Shown here: one piece after another, positions 19,198-29,119 of the stretch
Layout of the letters: each line of letters opens with the position of its first letter
Position numbering within the stretch: the stretch's first letter is position 1
NCBI GenBank assembly: GCA_963669175.1
Contig: OY769902.1
Span: forward strand, 4,096,001-4,160,000
Direction: 5' to 3'
From: a bacterium
Lineage (GTDB): Bacteria > Electryoneota > Electryoneia > Electryoneales > Electryoneaceae
DNA: 64,000 bases
The notes under the pieces: model-generated
Databases searched by the model: none
What the model was told of the DNA's origin: nothing
The model's input: the letters and a program-made list of their open reading frames with translations, nothing else
Translations under genes and position numbers: made by a program

Positions 19198-20658
19198 TCA
19201 ATTCCCCTCGTCCGGCAGGTAAGAATCCACGTCCGACCGTTTGAAGCGAAGTATCCGATCATTCCCGCTGTCGGCGATATACACCACGCCTTCCAGGGTT
19301 GCCACACCTTTGGGTCCGTTCAGGATGGAAAACTTGACCCGGACCGTAGTATCCGCGAGCGCTGTATAATCCAGAGTCAGATCAGGATTCAGGGCTGAAC
19401 TCCAACCATTGTCCACCAGGAAGCCACCGGCATTCAGCACATCTTCAAGAACATCACCGGCTGTCAGGTCGATCAGTTCTTCATCGAATGCCACTTCACG
19501 GAACAGGAAGCCGTTATCGAAAAAGGCCGGCACACGATTCTGCATTGAATCCGCGACATAAAAAAGCCCCAGTCCCAACTCGTCACGTTCCGCAACGGCA
19601 ACAGCCATCGGTGAGCCGAAGTAGTTCAGATGCAGCACCTCCGGTTCACCCGCTGGAGTCGGCGTAAAATCGAAGAACCACTCTTCTCCGCTGCCTTTCA
19701 CCTTTTGAACCAGGTAATTTCCCGATCTCTGGGTATAGAAAATTGCGGACTGGCTTGATGACAGCCGACTGCTGGCAACCCCGGTCGGGTTGTTGGTCGA
19801 AGCCTGGCCCTGGCCGAAGGATGCGACCATTTGCCCGGCATCATAAACGCCCGTATACGTGTATAGCGCAGTCCCATCCGGTGTCAGGACAATGCGGTCC
19901 GGTACTATCCACACACCAATCACACGATCATTGTATTCATCTGACAGGTAAACTATCTGCCCTTCGTCCACACCGGCATCCACATCGGTAAACACAGTCG
20001 ATGAGCGGCTCGTATCTTGATACAAAACATATTCTTCACGATAGGGATCAACATCTGCCGCCTCATAAGACCAGACAGCCGTTTCTTCGATGGGGTAATA
20101 TCCCTGGCTGTACAGTGTCAACAATTCCCAGGCGGGAGTGGTTGTGTTGTCAACATGAATCGTTTCTGCCGTTGTGGGATTGTGAACATCCACCGATAAC
20201 AGAATGGCATCAATGCCGGTGATATCCAGGTACTGATTCCAGATATAAACTTCGGAATCGCCACGTACCATGAACATATTCAAACGGCTGTCCTGCCCGA
20301 TCCCCATAATGGGATGTTCGGCATTCGCCTGGTCTGCGAAGAGGTCACGATTGAGAACGCTTCCGCTACGGGTCATCTGTACCACACGCCCACCATCACC
20401 ATAATCAGTATTATGGTCAACGAAATACAGATAGCCTTCACGCCCTACCTGGATGTCGGTCGGATAGACAAAATCATACCCATTGGCGCTGTTCCAGTCC
20501 GGACCAAGACGCACGAAAGTAGTATCATTTGCGCCGAAATCATCCGGGTTTACATTTACCGAGGCCGGAAGGTCAGGCTGTTCGCCGCACCCTGTAAACA
20601 TGGTTATCAACAGGATCGCAGTAAACAGGACGAACAGTATGTGTACTTGCCTGGACAT
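19198..20658 (-). CDS. Lipoprotein with NHL-like beta-propeller repeats
   Basis: Lipobox FTGC; repeats such as PKGVA...VYIADSGNDRI and FYVADSMQNRV. Confidence 0.7.
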   Translation of the reverse strand: MSRQVHILFVLFTAILLITMFTGCGEQPDLPASVNVNPDDFGANDTTFVRLGPDWNSANGYDFVYPTDIQVGREGYLYFVDHNTDYGDGGRVVQMTRSGSVLNRDLFADQANAEHPIMGIGQDSRLNMFMVRGDSEVYIWNQYLDITGIDAILLSVDVHNPTTAETIHVDNTTTPAWELLTLYSQGYYPIEETAVWSYEAADVDPYREEYVLYQDTSRSSTVFTDVDAGVDEGQIVYLSDEYNDRVIGVWIVPDRIVLTPDGTALYTYTGVYDAGQMVASFGQGQASTNNPTGVASSRLSSSQSAIFYTQRSGNYLVQKVKGSGEEWFFDFTPTPAGEPEVLHLNYFGSPMAVAVAERDELGLGLFYVADSMQNRVPAFFDNGFLFREVAFDEELIDLTAGDVLEDVLNAGGFLVDNGWSSALNPDLTLDYTALADTTVRVKFSILNGPKGVATLEGVVYIADSGNDRILRFKRSDVDSYLPDEGN

Positions 20659-20696
20659 CTATCTCACCTTCTACAAAGTGAAAAAGGGATTACCCT

Positions 20697-21788
20697 TTAA
20701 AAAGCGATTCCCAATGAAACACGATGCGTGGTGCTGAGAATACCGAAATCCGTGTAGCTGTAATCCGCACTCACCGCAAAGCCACGCCATGGCACCCGAA
20801 CACCACCGCCAAACGCCCAGCGGTCTTCATCGGTATTGATCTTGTAGCCACCACGAACGAACAACATCCCCATGAAGCCATACTCCATGCCCAACTTGAT
20901 ATTTTCTGAATTATCAACGGGATGGTTCAATTGGAGTGATGTCAGCACACGATGCTGCTGCCATGCGAATACGGTCATGGCGCCCCCCAACTGAAATACC
21001 GTCGGCGGTGCATAGCTGGTAAAGCTGCGTTCCGTCAGGCTCCCGTCAGCTTCTGTATATACATATGTGCCGCCGGGTTTGGCCGTAGGTCCAAAGTGCA
21101 TCAGGGACACACCGATACGCAGGTCACGATACCCGGTCCAGTAATACGTGCCAAGGTCAAACATCACGTTGTTCATCGTAACATCAGCCAGTTGTTCACG
21201 TGCATACTTGAACGTGACGCCCCAACTGAAGTTGTCCGTCATCTGCAACGCGTAGCTGACACCCAGCAGCATATCGCTATAGCTGAAATACTGCCCGGTC
21301 CCGTCCGGTTGATACACGGTTGTGATTTCCATGTCCGGTGTACTCAGGCTGGTCAGGTTTACCCCGACAACACCTGCCGGCAACGGATGGACAAAGGTTA
21401 TCGCATCGAGCGTGATATCTGCGAAATAGTTGATCCGTGAGACACCAAGTGTCCGGTCTCCGCTGAATAACGGCGCCATGCCTGTCGCCGGTGCTTTGGT
21501 TCCTTCCGGGGGACGCATGGGATCAACTGTGTACTTGCCTTTCCAACGATTGGCAATCTGGGCAATACCGGCCGGATTCCAGTATACGGCGAACGGATCG
21601 TTCGCAATGGCCACATAAGCTCCGCCCATGGCTTCAGCTCGTGCGCCCACAGGAATCTTCAGGTATGTCATCGAAGATGTTCCAACCCGCTGGCCACCCA
21701 GAATCTTCCAGAAATCACCTGCTGACGCGCTTGCTGCAATCGCAAGCACCAGTACCGGAATCAGTAAGTGTTGTGCTGCCTTACGCAC
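20697..21788 (-). CDS. porV: PorV/PorQ family outer-membrane protein
   Basis: YLKIPVGARAEAMGGAYVAIANDPFAVYWNPAGI; C-terminal DYSYTDFG.L..THRVSLGIAF; GTG start at 21788. Confidence 0.8.
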   Translation of the reverse strand: MRKAAQHLLIPVLVLAIAASASAGDFWKILGGQRVGTSSMTYLKIPVGARAEAMGGAYVAIANDPFAVYWNPAGIAQIANRWKGKYTVDPMRPPEGTKAPATGMAPLFSGDRTLGVSRINYFADITLDAITFVHPLPAGVVGVNLTSLSTPDMEITTVYQPDGTGQYFSYSDMLLGVSYALQMTDNFSWGVTFKYAREQLADVTMNNVMFDLGTYYWTGYRDLRIGVSLMHFGPTAKPGGTYVYTEADGSLTERSFTSYAPPTVFQLGGAMTVFAWQQHRVLTSLQLNHPVDNSENIKLGMEYGFMGMLFVRGGYKINTDEDRWAFGGGVRVPWRGFAVSADYSYTDFGILSTTHRVSLGIAF

Positions 21789-21820
21789 TCTTATCACCTT
21801 TGTAAAGTGAACTACGGTAC

Positions 21821-24580
21821 TTAGAACCTGAATCCAACGCCAAAGAATACCTGGCGCGGTTCCCGCCAATCACTGGGATCGACAAGTACAGATCCCTGTG
21901 GATTCTCCCAGTACAACGGATGCTCATCACCGTAACTATACGGCTCACCGGTCAGGGGGTTGATCGTTCTCGGGATACGGTAATCGAAGATATTCTGTGC
22001 TTCGATGAATACCCGGAACGAAGCCTGATCATACATCGGCCATTCCTTCCAGAACTTCACATCAACCGTATTCCAAACCTCGCTGATCGCGCTGTACTGA
22101 TCGCCCGTATCCTGAATATCCTGCCCGCTGTTGACCAGTTTGCCCGGCGTGTAGCGTTTACCGCTCTGGATGTCAAGACGAACGCTGCCGCCCCATCGGT
22201 CCGGCCATCTCAAGCCAAACCAGTTCGGCGCATCACCCTCGCGGACACGCAACCACAGGGTTATGCCCAACGTGATCGGTTTATCCCAGGCCAGGTAATC
22301 TTCACCAAGCGTTTTTTCCGTAACTCGCGTATCCGCTGCCGCCAGGATTTCCGCGTTTGCGCTGGAACTCTTCCCTGTGGCAATCTGGTAAGCGAATTCG
22401 GCAGAACCGGTCAGGTAACGCCCCTGGCGTGCACGGAACCGCATTTCAACACCACGCACACGAGCGTAGTCAATGTTGAAATACTGGTAATACGAGATAT
22501 TCCCAAGACGCGGGTTCGTGCTCTTGATGTTGAAGCTGGTCGCGTAATCAAACAAGTCTTTATAGAACGCTACCAACTCAATGACCTGATCGCCGCTGAA
22601 ACGGTGCTTCACACCCATTTCGTAAGCGACAGTCGTTTGCGGATCAAGGTTGGGATTGCCGAAAAGCTGGTAGGTTGACGGGCTGTAAGCATGCAGCTTG
22701 GAATACACGTATGCGTATTTCGGCCGCTGGCTGAAATGACCATAGCTGAAGAACAGAACGTCCGAATCCGTAACCGGGTGACTGATACCAAGACGCGGGC
22801 TCAGGTGCGCCTTTACCCGTCGGCCCAGGATTTCATCGGTCTCGTTCAGGAAGGTCTGACGCGCTTCATCGGTCAGGGTGATCACGTTGGGATCGTTAAT
22901 CGCATCTTCCACATACTGCCCCGGCGCCCACCAGTCCATGCGCAAACCGATGTTGGCAATCAATCCCTTGAACTCAACCTTGTCCTGCACGAAGATCGCC
23001 CCGGATTCGGTGAAAGCGCGATACATGTCGTAGTCGCCGCCGTAATCGGTGGAAGCGACCCAGGGATCGTGAATATTGAAAAGCTGCATCAGGGTTTGTT
23101 CGTAATCAAAACCGAACTTCACCTGGTGCCGTGGAAGAATCTGGCTGGTCATTTTGAACTTCAACTGCCAGGTATCATTGAAGTGGTCGTGGAATACGCT
23201 GCCGTTGCCGTTATCCCAATACCCATCACCGTATTCGACAGTCATCTCACCATCAGCGCCGGGATAATAATATATGGGTTCCAGATCGACCGGCTCTTCG
23301 TATTCGGTATAGTCCAGTCGTCCGGCGCCTGAATGCACACGATTGTAGAAATTACCCAGCGTCAATTCATAGTACGTGCTGCTGGAAAGCGTATGAGTCC
23401 AGTTCACACTCTGCTGAATACCCTCACGGGTGATCGTGTTGTAATCGTCCAGGATGTAACGGTACTCCAGCGGGAAGTATGTCTTGTCTTCAACCAGTGC
23501 ATCAAAATAGCCCTGGTTGATCCTGAGACTGCGCCCATAGCTGTAGGAGATCTTGGAAACATCGGTCGGCTTCCAGGTAACCTTCCCCAGGATCGACCAG
23601 TTATTTTCTTCACGAAGAGCGAAGTCGTCGTAGGCTTCCTTGTAAGGCACCGGACCACTAGACGCGGAAGGCAGGTAAGTATTGGAAGCATACCCGTAAC
23701 CGTTCAGGAAGAAAGTCATCTTCCCCGGAATCCGCGCATTGAACATCGGCAGCAGGAAATTCGTAATAGGCTCAGGCCCACCAATCGAGAATTCCAGGTT
23801 GCCTGTGTTCTGGTTATCCGGCGGCCAATCCGAGATATTGTCGGTCTTCATCGACAGCGAGCCATCGAACTTTTCGCCACCTTCCTTGGTCTCAACATTG
23901 ACCAGGCCGCTCATGGCCTCGCCGTATTCCGCGTTGAAACCACCGGTGATGACTTCCAGCTCTTTGATGGCGTCTGCACTCAGGTAAATTCCCAGCCCCT
24001 GACCGGAGATCGGGTCTTTAACCGAGACATTGTCGATGATGTACAGGTTTTCGTCCGCACGTCCACCACGGATGTGGATCTCGTTATTCTCCGAAACCAC
24101 ACCCACCTGCTGCGAAAGGATATCATCTACCCCTTCCACTGCCAGATCAGCAATATCTTCGCTGCTGATCGAGCGGGCGCTTGCGGTTTCATCCACATCC
24201 AGCAGCGGCTTCTTACCGATGATCACCACTTCCTGGCCAATCGCCAGTACAGTGGGTTCCAACGGCAAATCAACCGTCACTGTGGCATCATCACTTTCAA
24301 TGTGGACTTCAGTGCGGATGGCGACCTTGTATCCGACAAAGGATGCCTGGACATCGTAAGAACCGCTGGACAGCCCATAGATGGAATAGCGTCCATCCAG
24401 ATCTGTCGCTGAACCACGGTGTGTACCTTTAACCACCACGTTCACACCGGGAAGCGGTTCGCCCGTATCCTTGTCCGTAACACGGCCCACGATCGATGCT
24501 GCATGTACGCTTGTTACGGTAAATACCAGTAACAGAGCTGCACACCAGCTCGCCAGTCTGTTTCTTGATCGACTATTCAT
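21821..24580 (-). CDS. TonB-dependent receptor
   Basis: N-terminal GRVTDKDTGEPLPGVNV domain; plug motifs IHIRGGR and TGGFNAEYG; SPRLG; terminal Phe. Confidence 0.92.
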   Translation of the reverse strand: MNSRSRNRLASWCAALLLVFTVTSVHAASIVGRVTDKDTGEPLPGVNVVVKGTHRGSATDLDGRYSIYGLSSGSYDVQASFVGYKVAIRTEVHIESDDATVTVDLPLEPTVLAIGQEVVIIGKKPLLDVDETASARSISSEDIADLAVEGVDDILSQQVGVVSENNEIHIRGGRADENLYIIDNVSVKDPISGQGLGIYLSADAIKELEVITGGFNAEYGEAMSGLVNVETKEGGEKFDGSLSMKTDNISDWPPDNQNTGNLEFSIGGPEPITNFLLPMFNARIPGKMTFFLNGYGYASNTYLPSASSGPVPYKEAYDDFALREENNWSILGKVTWKPTDVSKISYSYGRSLRINQGYFDALVEDKTYFPLEYRYILDDYNTITREGIQQSVNWTHTLSSSTYYELTLGNFYNRVHSGAGRLDYTEYEEPVDLEPIYYYPGADGEMTVEYGDGYWDNGNGSVFHDHFNDTWQLKFKMTSQILPRHQVKFGFDYEQTLMQLFNIHDPWVASTDYGGDYDMYRAFTESGAIFVQDKVEFKGLIANIGLRMDWWAPGQYVEDAINDPNVITLTDEARQTFLNETDEILGRRVKAHLSPRLGISHPVTDSDVLFFSYGHFSQRPKYAYVYSKLHAYSPSTYQLFGNPNLDPQTTVAYEMGVKHRFSGDQVIELVAFYKDLFDYATSFNIKSTNPRLGNISYYQYFNIDYARVRGVEMRFRARQGRYLTGSAEFAYQIATGKSSSANAEILAAADTRVTEKTLGEDYLAWDKPITLGITLWLRVREGDAPNWFGLRWPDRWGGSVRLDIQSGKRYTPGKLVNSGQDIQDTGDQYSAISEVWNTVDVKFWKEWPMYDQASFRVFIEAQNIFDYRIPRTINPLTGEPYSYGDEHPLYWENPQGSVLVDPSDWREPRQVFFGVGFRF

Positions 24581-26081
24581 CCAGAACAACCCGGATTACG
24601 TCTTTCACGTTTTCACGGCCATCAAACGATGCCAGCGGCACCGTTATAACCGTGTACGAACTGTTCGTTGCAGAATACTCCCTGCGTAGCCCAACGATTG
24701 GTTCTCCCGTATACTGGGCATTAGCGCCTAGATGGTAAAGCGACTGCACACCAGCAGTGGGATTGAAATGACGAATACCAAACAGGATAGTAGTTGTCAA
24801 TTCTAGTGAATCCAAGCCAGCGCCGTCATCCGGAATCAGGTACACGTCGTTGGGGCGCAGCCGACCCTGTGGGGCATCAACTACCCACATACTGTCGGCA
24901 AGAGGTTCAAAACCGCCCTCAATTTCGCCTTCCGTGCTGTCCTGCAAACCAACCATACCCGGGAATACGATAAGAGTGGTCAGAAGCAACCGCTTGTCCT
25001 CCGATTCGACATAGGAGTAAATCGGGTCAAACGCATCGGCAATCAGCGGCGATCCCTGGTTGGCGAACCAGAGGACACGATCAAAGAAGAACAGGTTCGC
25101 CCTGGTATCAACCGGACTGTATGGCAATTCTTCTCCCAGCTCCCAGACAGTGTAATTCTCTTCACCATAGAGCTCGTCGAAGATGTCCATGTAAAAGTTC
25201 AGGAATTCGTTGTTACGTTGCAGCGCGGCATCGTCAATGATCAGATAACGCCCAACCGGTTCGCGTACATGCCAAACATTCGGATCGGTAGTCACTGTCG
25301 AATCCGGGAAATGGATCGAGGGTGAAGCAAACCCGGCCACATCAACCACTCGCGCCCAGAACACATAATCACCAACCGGAAGCTCTTCCAGGGTAATCGT
25401 GCTGAGTGATCCATCCAGATCAACCCAGTCAGTATCACCATCGGCGGGATTCAAAGCGTATTGAATCTTCTCAATGGTTTCATTACCGTCAGGATCATAA
25501 GCATCCCAGGCAAATGTACGGGTTGTGAATGTATAGAATGTATCCGCGACGGTCAGTGGGTTTGACAGGATACGGAAATCGATAGTGGGACGCGAATTGA
25601 CTACGGGATAGGTGATTTCCGCGACAGAGGAATCAACCGCCCCCATATTGTCAATAGCATACACCTGAAAGGTGAAGGACGCCGAAGCTGTTCGAATCGG
25701 CAGAATAAACATGCCTGAATCCAGCTCGGTTTCTGTCCAGTCGGCCTCTATCCATGCCGTATCCGGTGCAGCAGTAGAATCGAGGGAATCCGGTTCCAGC
25801 AATCCCCAACGATAACGGTATTTCTCGATCCAGCCATCGGGATCCTCCCCCCACCAGTGTACAGTCTTGGAACTGATACTGGTATCGGGAAGCTGTCCCG
25901 GCGACAGCCCGAGTGAAATGTAGGTTTCCGGTGAAAGGTTCCCTACCGGATTACGTTCCGGTCCCTGGATGCCATCAGCGCCAATGGGATCCGGTTCACC
26001 GCAGCCCAGCAGGAATTGCATCATAAGAAACAATCCCAGCCCGAATGCGACGATAATGCCTACCAAGTGGTTCCGCATCAT
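24573..26081 (-). CDS. Lipoprotein with Ig/Fn3-like domains
   Basis: Lipobox LLGC; W.GEDPDG and FQVYAIDNMGAVD motifs; its stop overlaps the receptor start region. Confidence 0.7.
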   Translation of the reverse strand: MMRNHLVGIIVAFGLGLFLMMQFLLGCGEPDPIGADGIQGPERNPVGNLSPETYISLGLSPGQLPDTSISSKTVHWWGEDPDGWIEKYRYRWGLLEPDSLDSTAAPDTAWIEADWTETELDSGMFILPIRTASASFTFQVYAIDNMGAVDSSVAEITYPVVNSRPTIDFRILSNPLTVADTFYTFTTRTFAWDAYDPDGNETIEKIQYALNPADGDTDWVDLDGSLSTITLEELPVGDYVFWARVVDVAGFASPSIHFPDSTVTTDPNVWHVREPVGRYLIIDDAALQRNNEFLNFYMDIFDELYGEENYTVWELGEELPYSPVDTRANLFFFDRVLWFANQGSPLIADAFDPIYSYVESEDKRLLLTTLIVFPGMVGLQDSTEGEIEGGFEPLADSMWVVDAPQGRLRPNDVYLIPDDGAGLDSLELTTTILFGIRHFNPTAGVQSLYHLGANAQYTGEPIVGLRREYSATNSSYTVITVPLASFDGRENVKDVIRVVLDE

Positions 26082-26126
26082 GGGTATCACTGCTGTTTGG
26101 TTGCCCCTATTCCAACGCAAAACCCC

Positions 26127-26157
26127 TTCACCTGCCGCCTTGTCGGCGGCAGGTGAA
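26127..26157 (-). terminator. Intra-operon hairpin (terminator, attenuator or mRNA stabiliser)
   Basis: 13-bp perfect stem TTCACCTGCCGCC/GGCGGCAGGTGAA. Confidence 0.65.
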
Positions 26158-26192
26158 AAGGGAAAATATCGAAGAGTTGAATCTTCAGGATG

Positions 26193-28952
26193 TTACTTCG
26201 TCAGAACCATCTTCTGGATCTGGCGCTGGTTTCCACTGACCAGGCGCAGGAAGTAAACACCACTGGAAACCTGACGACCATTGTCGGACATGCCATCCCA
26301 GTACGCATTGTGGCTACCGGCTTCGACACGGCCATTGATCAGGGTACGAACCTTCTGGCCCAGGCTGTTGAACACTACCAGGCGAATATCATTCGCTTCC
26401 GGCAGGGTAAAGTTGATGTGGGTCGTCGGGTTGAACGGGTTCGGATAAACCGGGTTCAGGGCGAATTCGAACGGCATAACCTGTTCGTCGCCGAGAACGA
26501 CGTTTTCACCGATGTCGTTCATGTCACGAAGCTCGACCTTCCAGGTACCGAAGCTAAAGGTGACAATACCACGCAGGTAGTCAATCTGGGTGCCAACGGT
26601 CAAGGCTGCGAACCACTCATCCAGTTCGGTTCCGTATGCCATGTCATCGTCGATCAGGAAGGTTTCGCCACTGCCATCCTGGACAGTCCAGTCATAGTTG
26701 TTAATGGCGGTTACTTCGAGTCCGGATAATTCGACATTCACGCTTTCCCAGGATTCCAGGTCTGCATTGAGGGCTGCACAGGTGGTTTCGTAGATGTTCA
26801 GGGTGAAGCCACCATAATGACGCACGACTTCTACCACATCCACCATCTTGGTGTTGTTGCCCCACTTGTAGCCGTATTCGACGCCTTCTTCATCAATAGT
26901 ACCGGTTACGGTTACCAGATCGCCCTGGTTCACATAGTCACCGGAACCATCAGTCGGCATGCTGAAGCAGATGCCGCTGTATTCGGGATCGTCGCCGTTG
27001 ACCTGCATGAAGTAACCATCATACGCATCGTAGTTGGCGGAATCGGTGGTTACAATACCGGTCAGGGTAATCATGTTGCCGGCATACGGGCTGTTACCGG
27101 AAGAGAATGGTGTGTACTGTACGTTGTAAATGGACAGATCATCAGTTGCCCAGTAGCCATACAGGTTGGCTTCGATGTCGCCGGGGTTGGTCGCTGTCTG
27201 TTCGATGTCGTCTTCACCTTCGACATAGTACCAGACGTTGCTGCCTTCATCCTGTGCCGGGATTTCAGCTTCCCAGACGATGCCGCCGGTATTGGTCATA
27301 TCGACTGTGTTCCACGCACCGTCAATACCAACCTTGTAATAAACAGTACCGGCTGTAACCTGGCTGTTGTCAGCGATATTCGCAGTAACGGTGACAGCTT
27401 CGCCAGCGCCCGGGGCGGCCGGGTTACGGGTAACGGACAGGACGTTGGGCGGACCTTCGCCGATTACGATGTCAGACGGATACAACGGCTCAATCTTCAG
27501 GTAGTAGTTGTCGCCATCCGGATCTTCGAGATCGCCATAATGTGCGTACAACCAACCGGTCAGGCTGTCAATGCCGGTGCCGACGGCCGGAACCACGAAA
27601 CCTTCCATGTCGTCAGAGTCAGCATCAACAATCATACCGGGGATATCATCGTTCAGATCTGAATCAATGATGAACATCTCATCATAGGGCTGGTCGTTGT
27701 CGGAAATAACGCCATCCAAGACCTTCACGAACTGTGTGCCCCACTGTTCAGCGATTTGCGGGTTACGCATTTCGTCGGTAGTGAGGACTTTCGGCATCGG
27801 AACGGTGCAGGTATCAGCTTGCCATTGAACTTCACTGACAATCCAGATCTCTGTCATGTGAGCAGGCGAAGTGTTGTATTCATCGGAATAACCGGTGAAA
27901 ATAATTTCGTCGCCTTCGAACAATTGCGGGAAAGCCACGGAGTCGGGATCATAGCTCATGACACCGCTCCACGGGCTGTTCTCTACACGGTCTGAGAGGA
28001 AATCGTTGAAGATGAACTTGACGCCATCGCCGGCATAGGACAGGCCGGTCGGCATGGTTACGATACCATGCAGGGTCACGTAGTAGGTGTTGCCGGTCGT
28101 GTCGGCAGCGTCATCACGATCCAGGCCGTAACGCATGAAACCGGCATAACCGTAGTCGTTCATGAACAGATCGCCATTGTCGTCTTCCTGGATGGTCATG
28201 TCCATCGGACGGACCTGCTGGATGAAAGCAATGGGATCAAACCAGTTTACACCATCGGCATCGACGTTAATGTCAAACGCGATTTCCGGGAGAATCTTGT
28301 AGTTGCCGTAGTTGTAAAGGACTGCGCCCTGGATATACTCATAGGGCATGCCTTCGGCTGTTACGTGGTAATAACCGAAATCATCACTGGCCGGATTGTC
28401 GATACGGGCAACATTGCCGTCGCCATCTTCAACAAACCATTCACCGTAGTCGAAATCGGTTGCGTTACGCGTCACATCTTCGATCTTGACCAGGCAGCCT
28501 TCATACTGTTCCATGGTCGCTGCATCGTTGATGCCATCACAGGAGATCACTGTGTAGGCGCAGGCTGCCGGGAGATCGGACCAGTCCGGTGAGTCGTCAA
28601 GGACGGTAACCGATGCTTCATCACCGGTAATGTCCAATTCGGTAAGACCGCTGTACTCAGCGATTGTACCGGTAATTTCGACCTGCCAACCAAAGCCCAG
28701 GTCCATATCCGGAGCGCCGTAGACGTAAATGCCATTCCAGGCGCCAGCGCCGTCTGCGACAAACCACTTGTTACCACCGCCCGAGGCGGGCTCAAATGTC
28801 ACATACGCTGTGACGGTCACTTCCTGCCCTACCAATGGACTGGCATCATCCGTAGCAGGATCATCGACATACTGAATGTCGTGGATGGTTTCTGCCATGG
28901 AGAGCCCCGCCAGCATCAGCAGTGCGATGAACACGGGAAACAACTTCCGCAT
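26193..28952 (-). CDS. T9SS type-A-sorted surface protein with repeated OB-fold-like modules
   Basis: Signal peptide; three I..IQ...V(T)..G.VT / E..E...V modules resembling the ExeM/YhcR N-terminal OB folds; CTD YPNPFNPTT...SSGVYFLRL...KMVLTK; GGAGG upstream. Confidence 0.8.
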   Translation of the reverse strand: MRKLFPVFIALLMLAGLSMAETIHDIQYVDDPATDDASPLVGQEVTVTAYVTFEPASGGGNKWFVADGAGAWNGIYVYGAPDMDLGFGWQVEITGTIAEYSGLTELDITGDEASVTVLDDSPDWSDLPAACAYTVISCDGINDAATMEQYEGCLVKIEDVTRNATDFDYGEWFVEDGDGNVARIDNPASDDFGYYHVTAEGMPYEYIQGAVLYNYGNYKILPEIAFDINVDADGVNWFDPIAFIQQVRPMDMTIQEDDNGDLFMNDYGYAGFMRYGLDRDDAADTTGNTYYVTLHGIVTMPTGLSYAGDGVKFIFNDFLSDRVENSPWSGVMSYDPDSVAFPQLFEGDEIIFTGYSDEYNTSPAHMTEIWIVSEVQWQADTCTVPMPKVLTTDEMRNPQIAEQWGTQFVKVLDGVISDNDQPYDEMFIIDSDLNDDIPGMIVDADSDDMEGFVVPAVGTGIDSLTGWLYAHYGDLEDPDGDNYYLKIEPLYPSDIVIGEGPPNVLSVTRNPAAPGAGEAVTVTANIADNSQVTAGTVYYKVGIDGAWNTVDMTNTGGIVWEAEIPAQDEGSNVWYYVEGEDDIEQTATNPGDIEANLYGYWATDDLSIYNVQYTPFSSGNSPYAGNMITLTGIVTTDSANYDAYDGYFMQVNGDDPEYSGICFSMPTDGSGDYVNQGDLVTVTGTIDEEGVEYGYKWGNNTKMVDVVEVVRHYGGFTLNIYETTCAALNADLESWESVNVELSGLEVTAINNYDWTVQDGSGETFLIDDDMAYGTELDEWFAALTVGTQIDYLRGIVTFSFGTWKVELRDMNDIGENVVLGDEQVMPFEFALNPVYPNPFNPTTHINFTLPEANDIRLVVFNSLGQKVRTLINGRVEAGSHNAYWDGMSDNGRQVSSGVYFLRLVSGNQRQIQKMVLTK

Positions 28953-29119
28953 TTTTTCCTTCCTCCGTCTTTGTTGAATGAGTATCCTATGAAACTCTGA
29001 AGACCGGCTCGTGCAAAGGAACCGTGCCATGTTGTCTGTATGGGGATATCAATTGCCCTGAGCGCCCCACTTCGCTCAGAACGGTAAAATGCTTCCTGTT
29101 TTGTTAACAAAAGATTGAA

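Noticed and set aside
21920-24412. Several long plus-strand ORFs opposite the TonB receptor
   Set aside because: Antisense shadows of a clear minus-strand gene.
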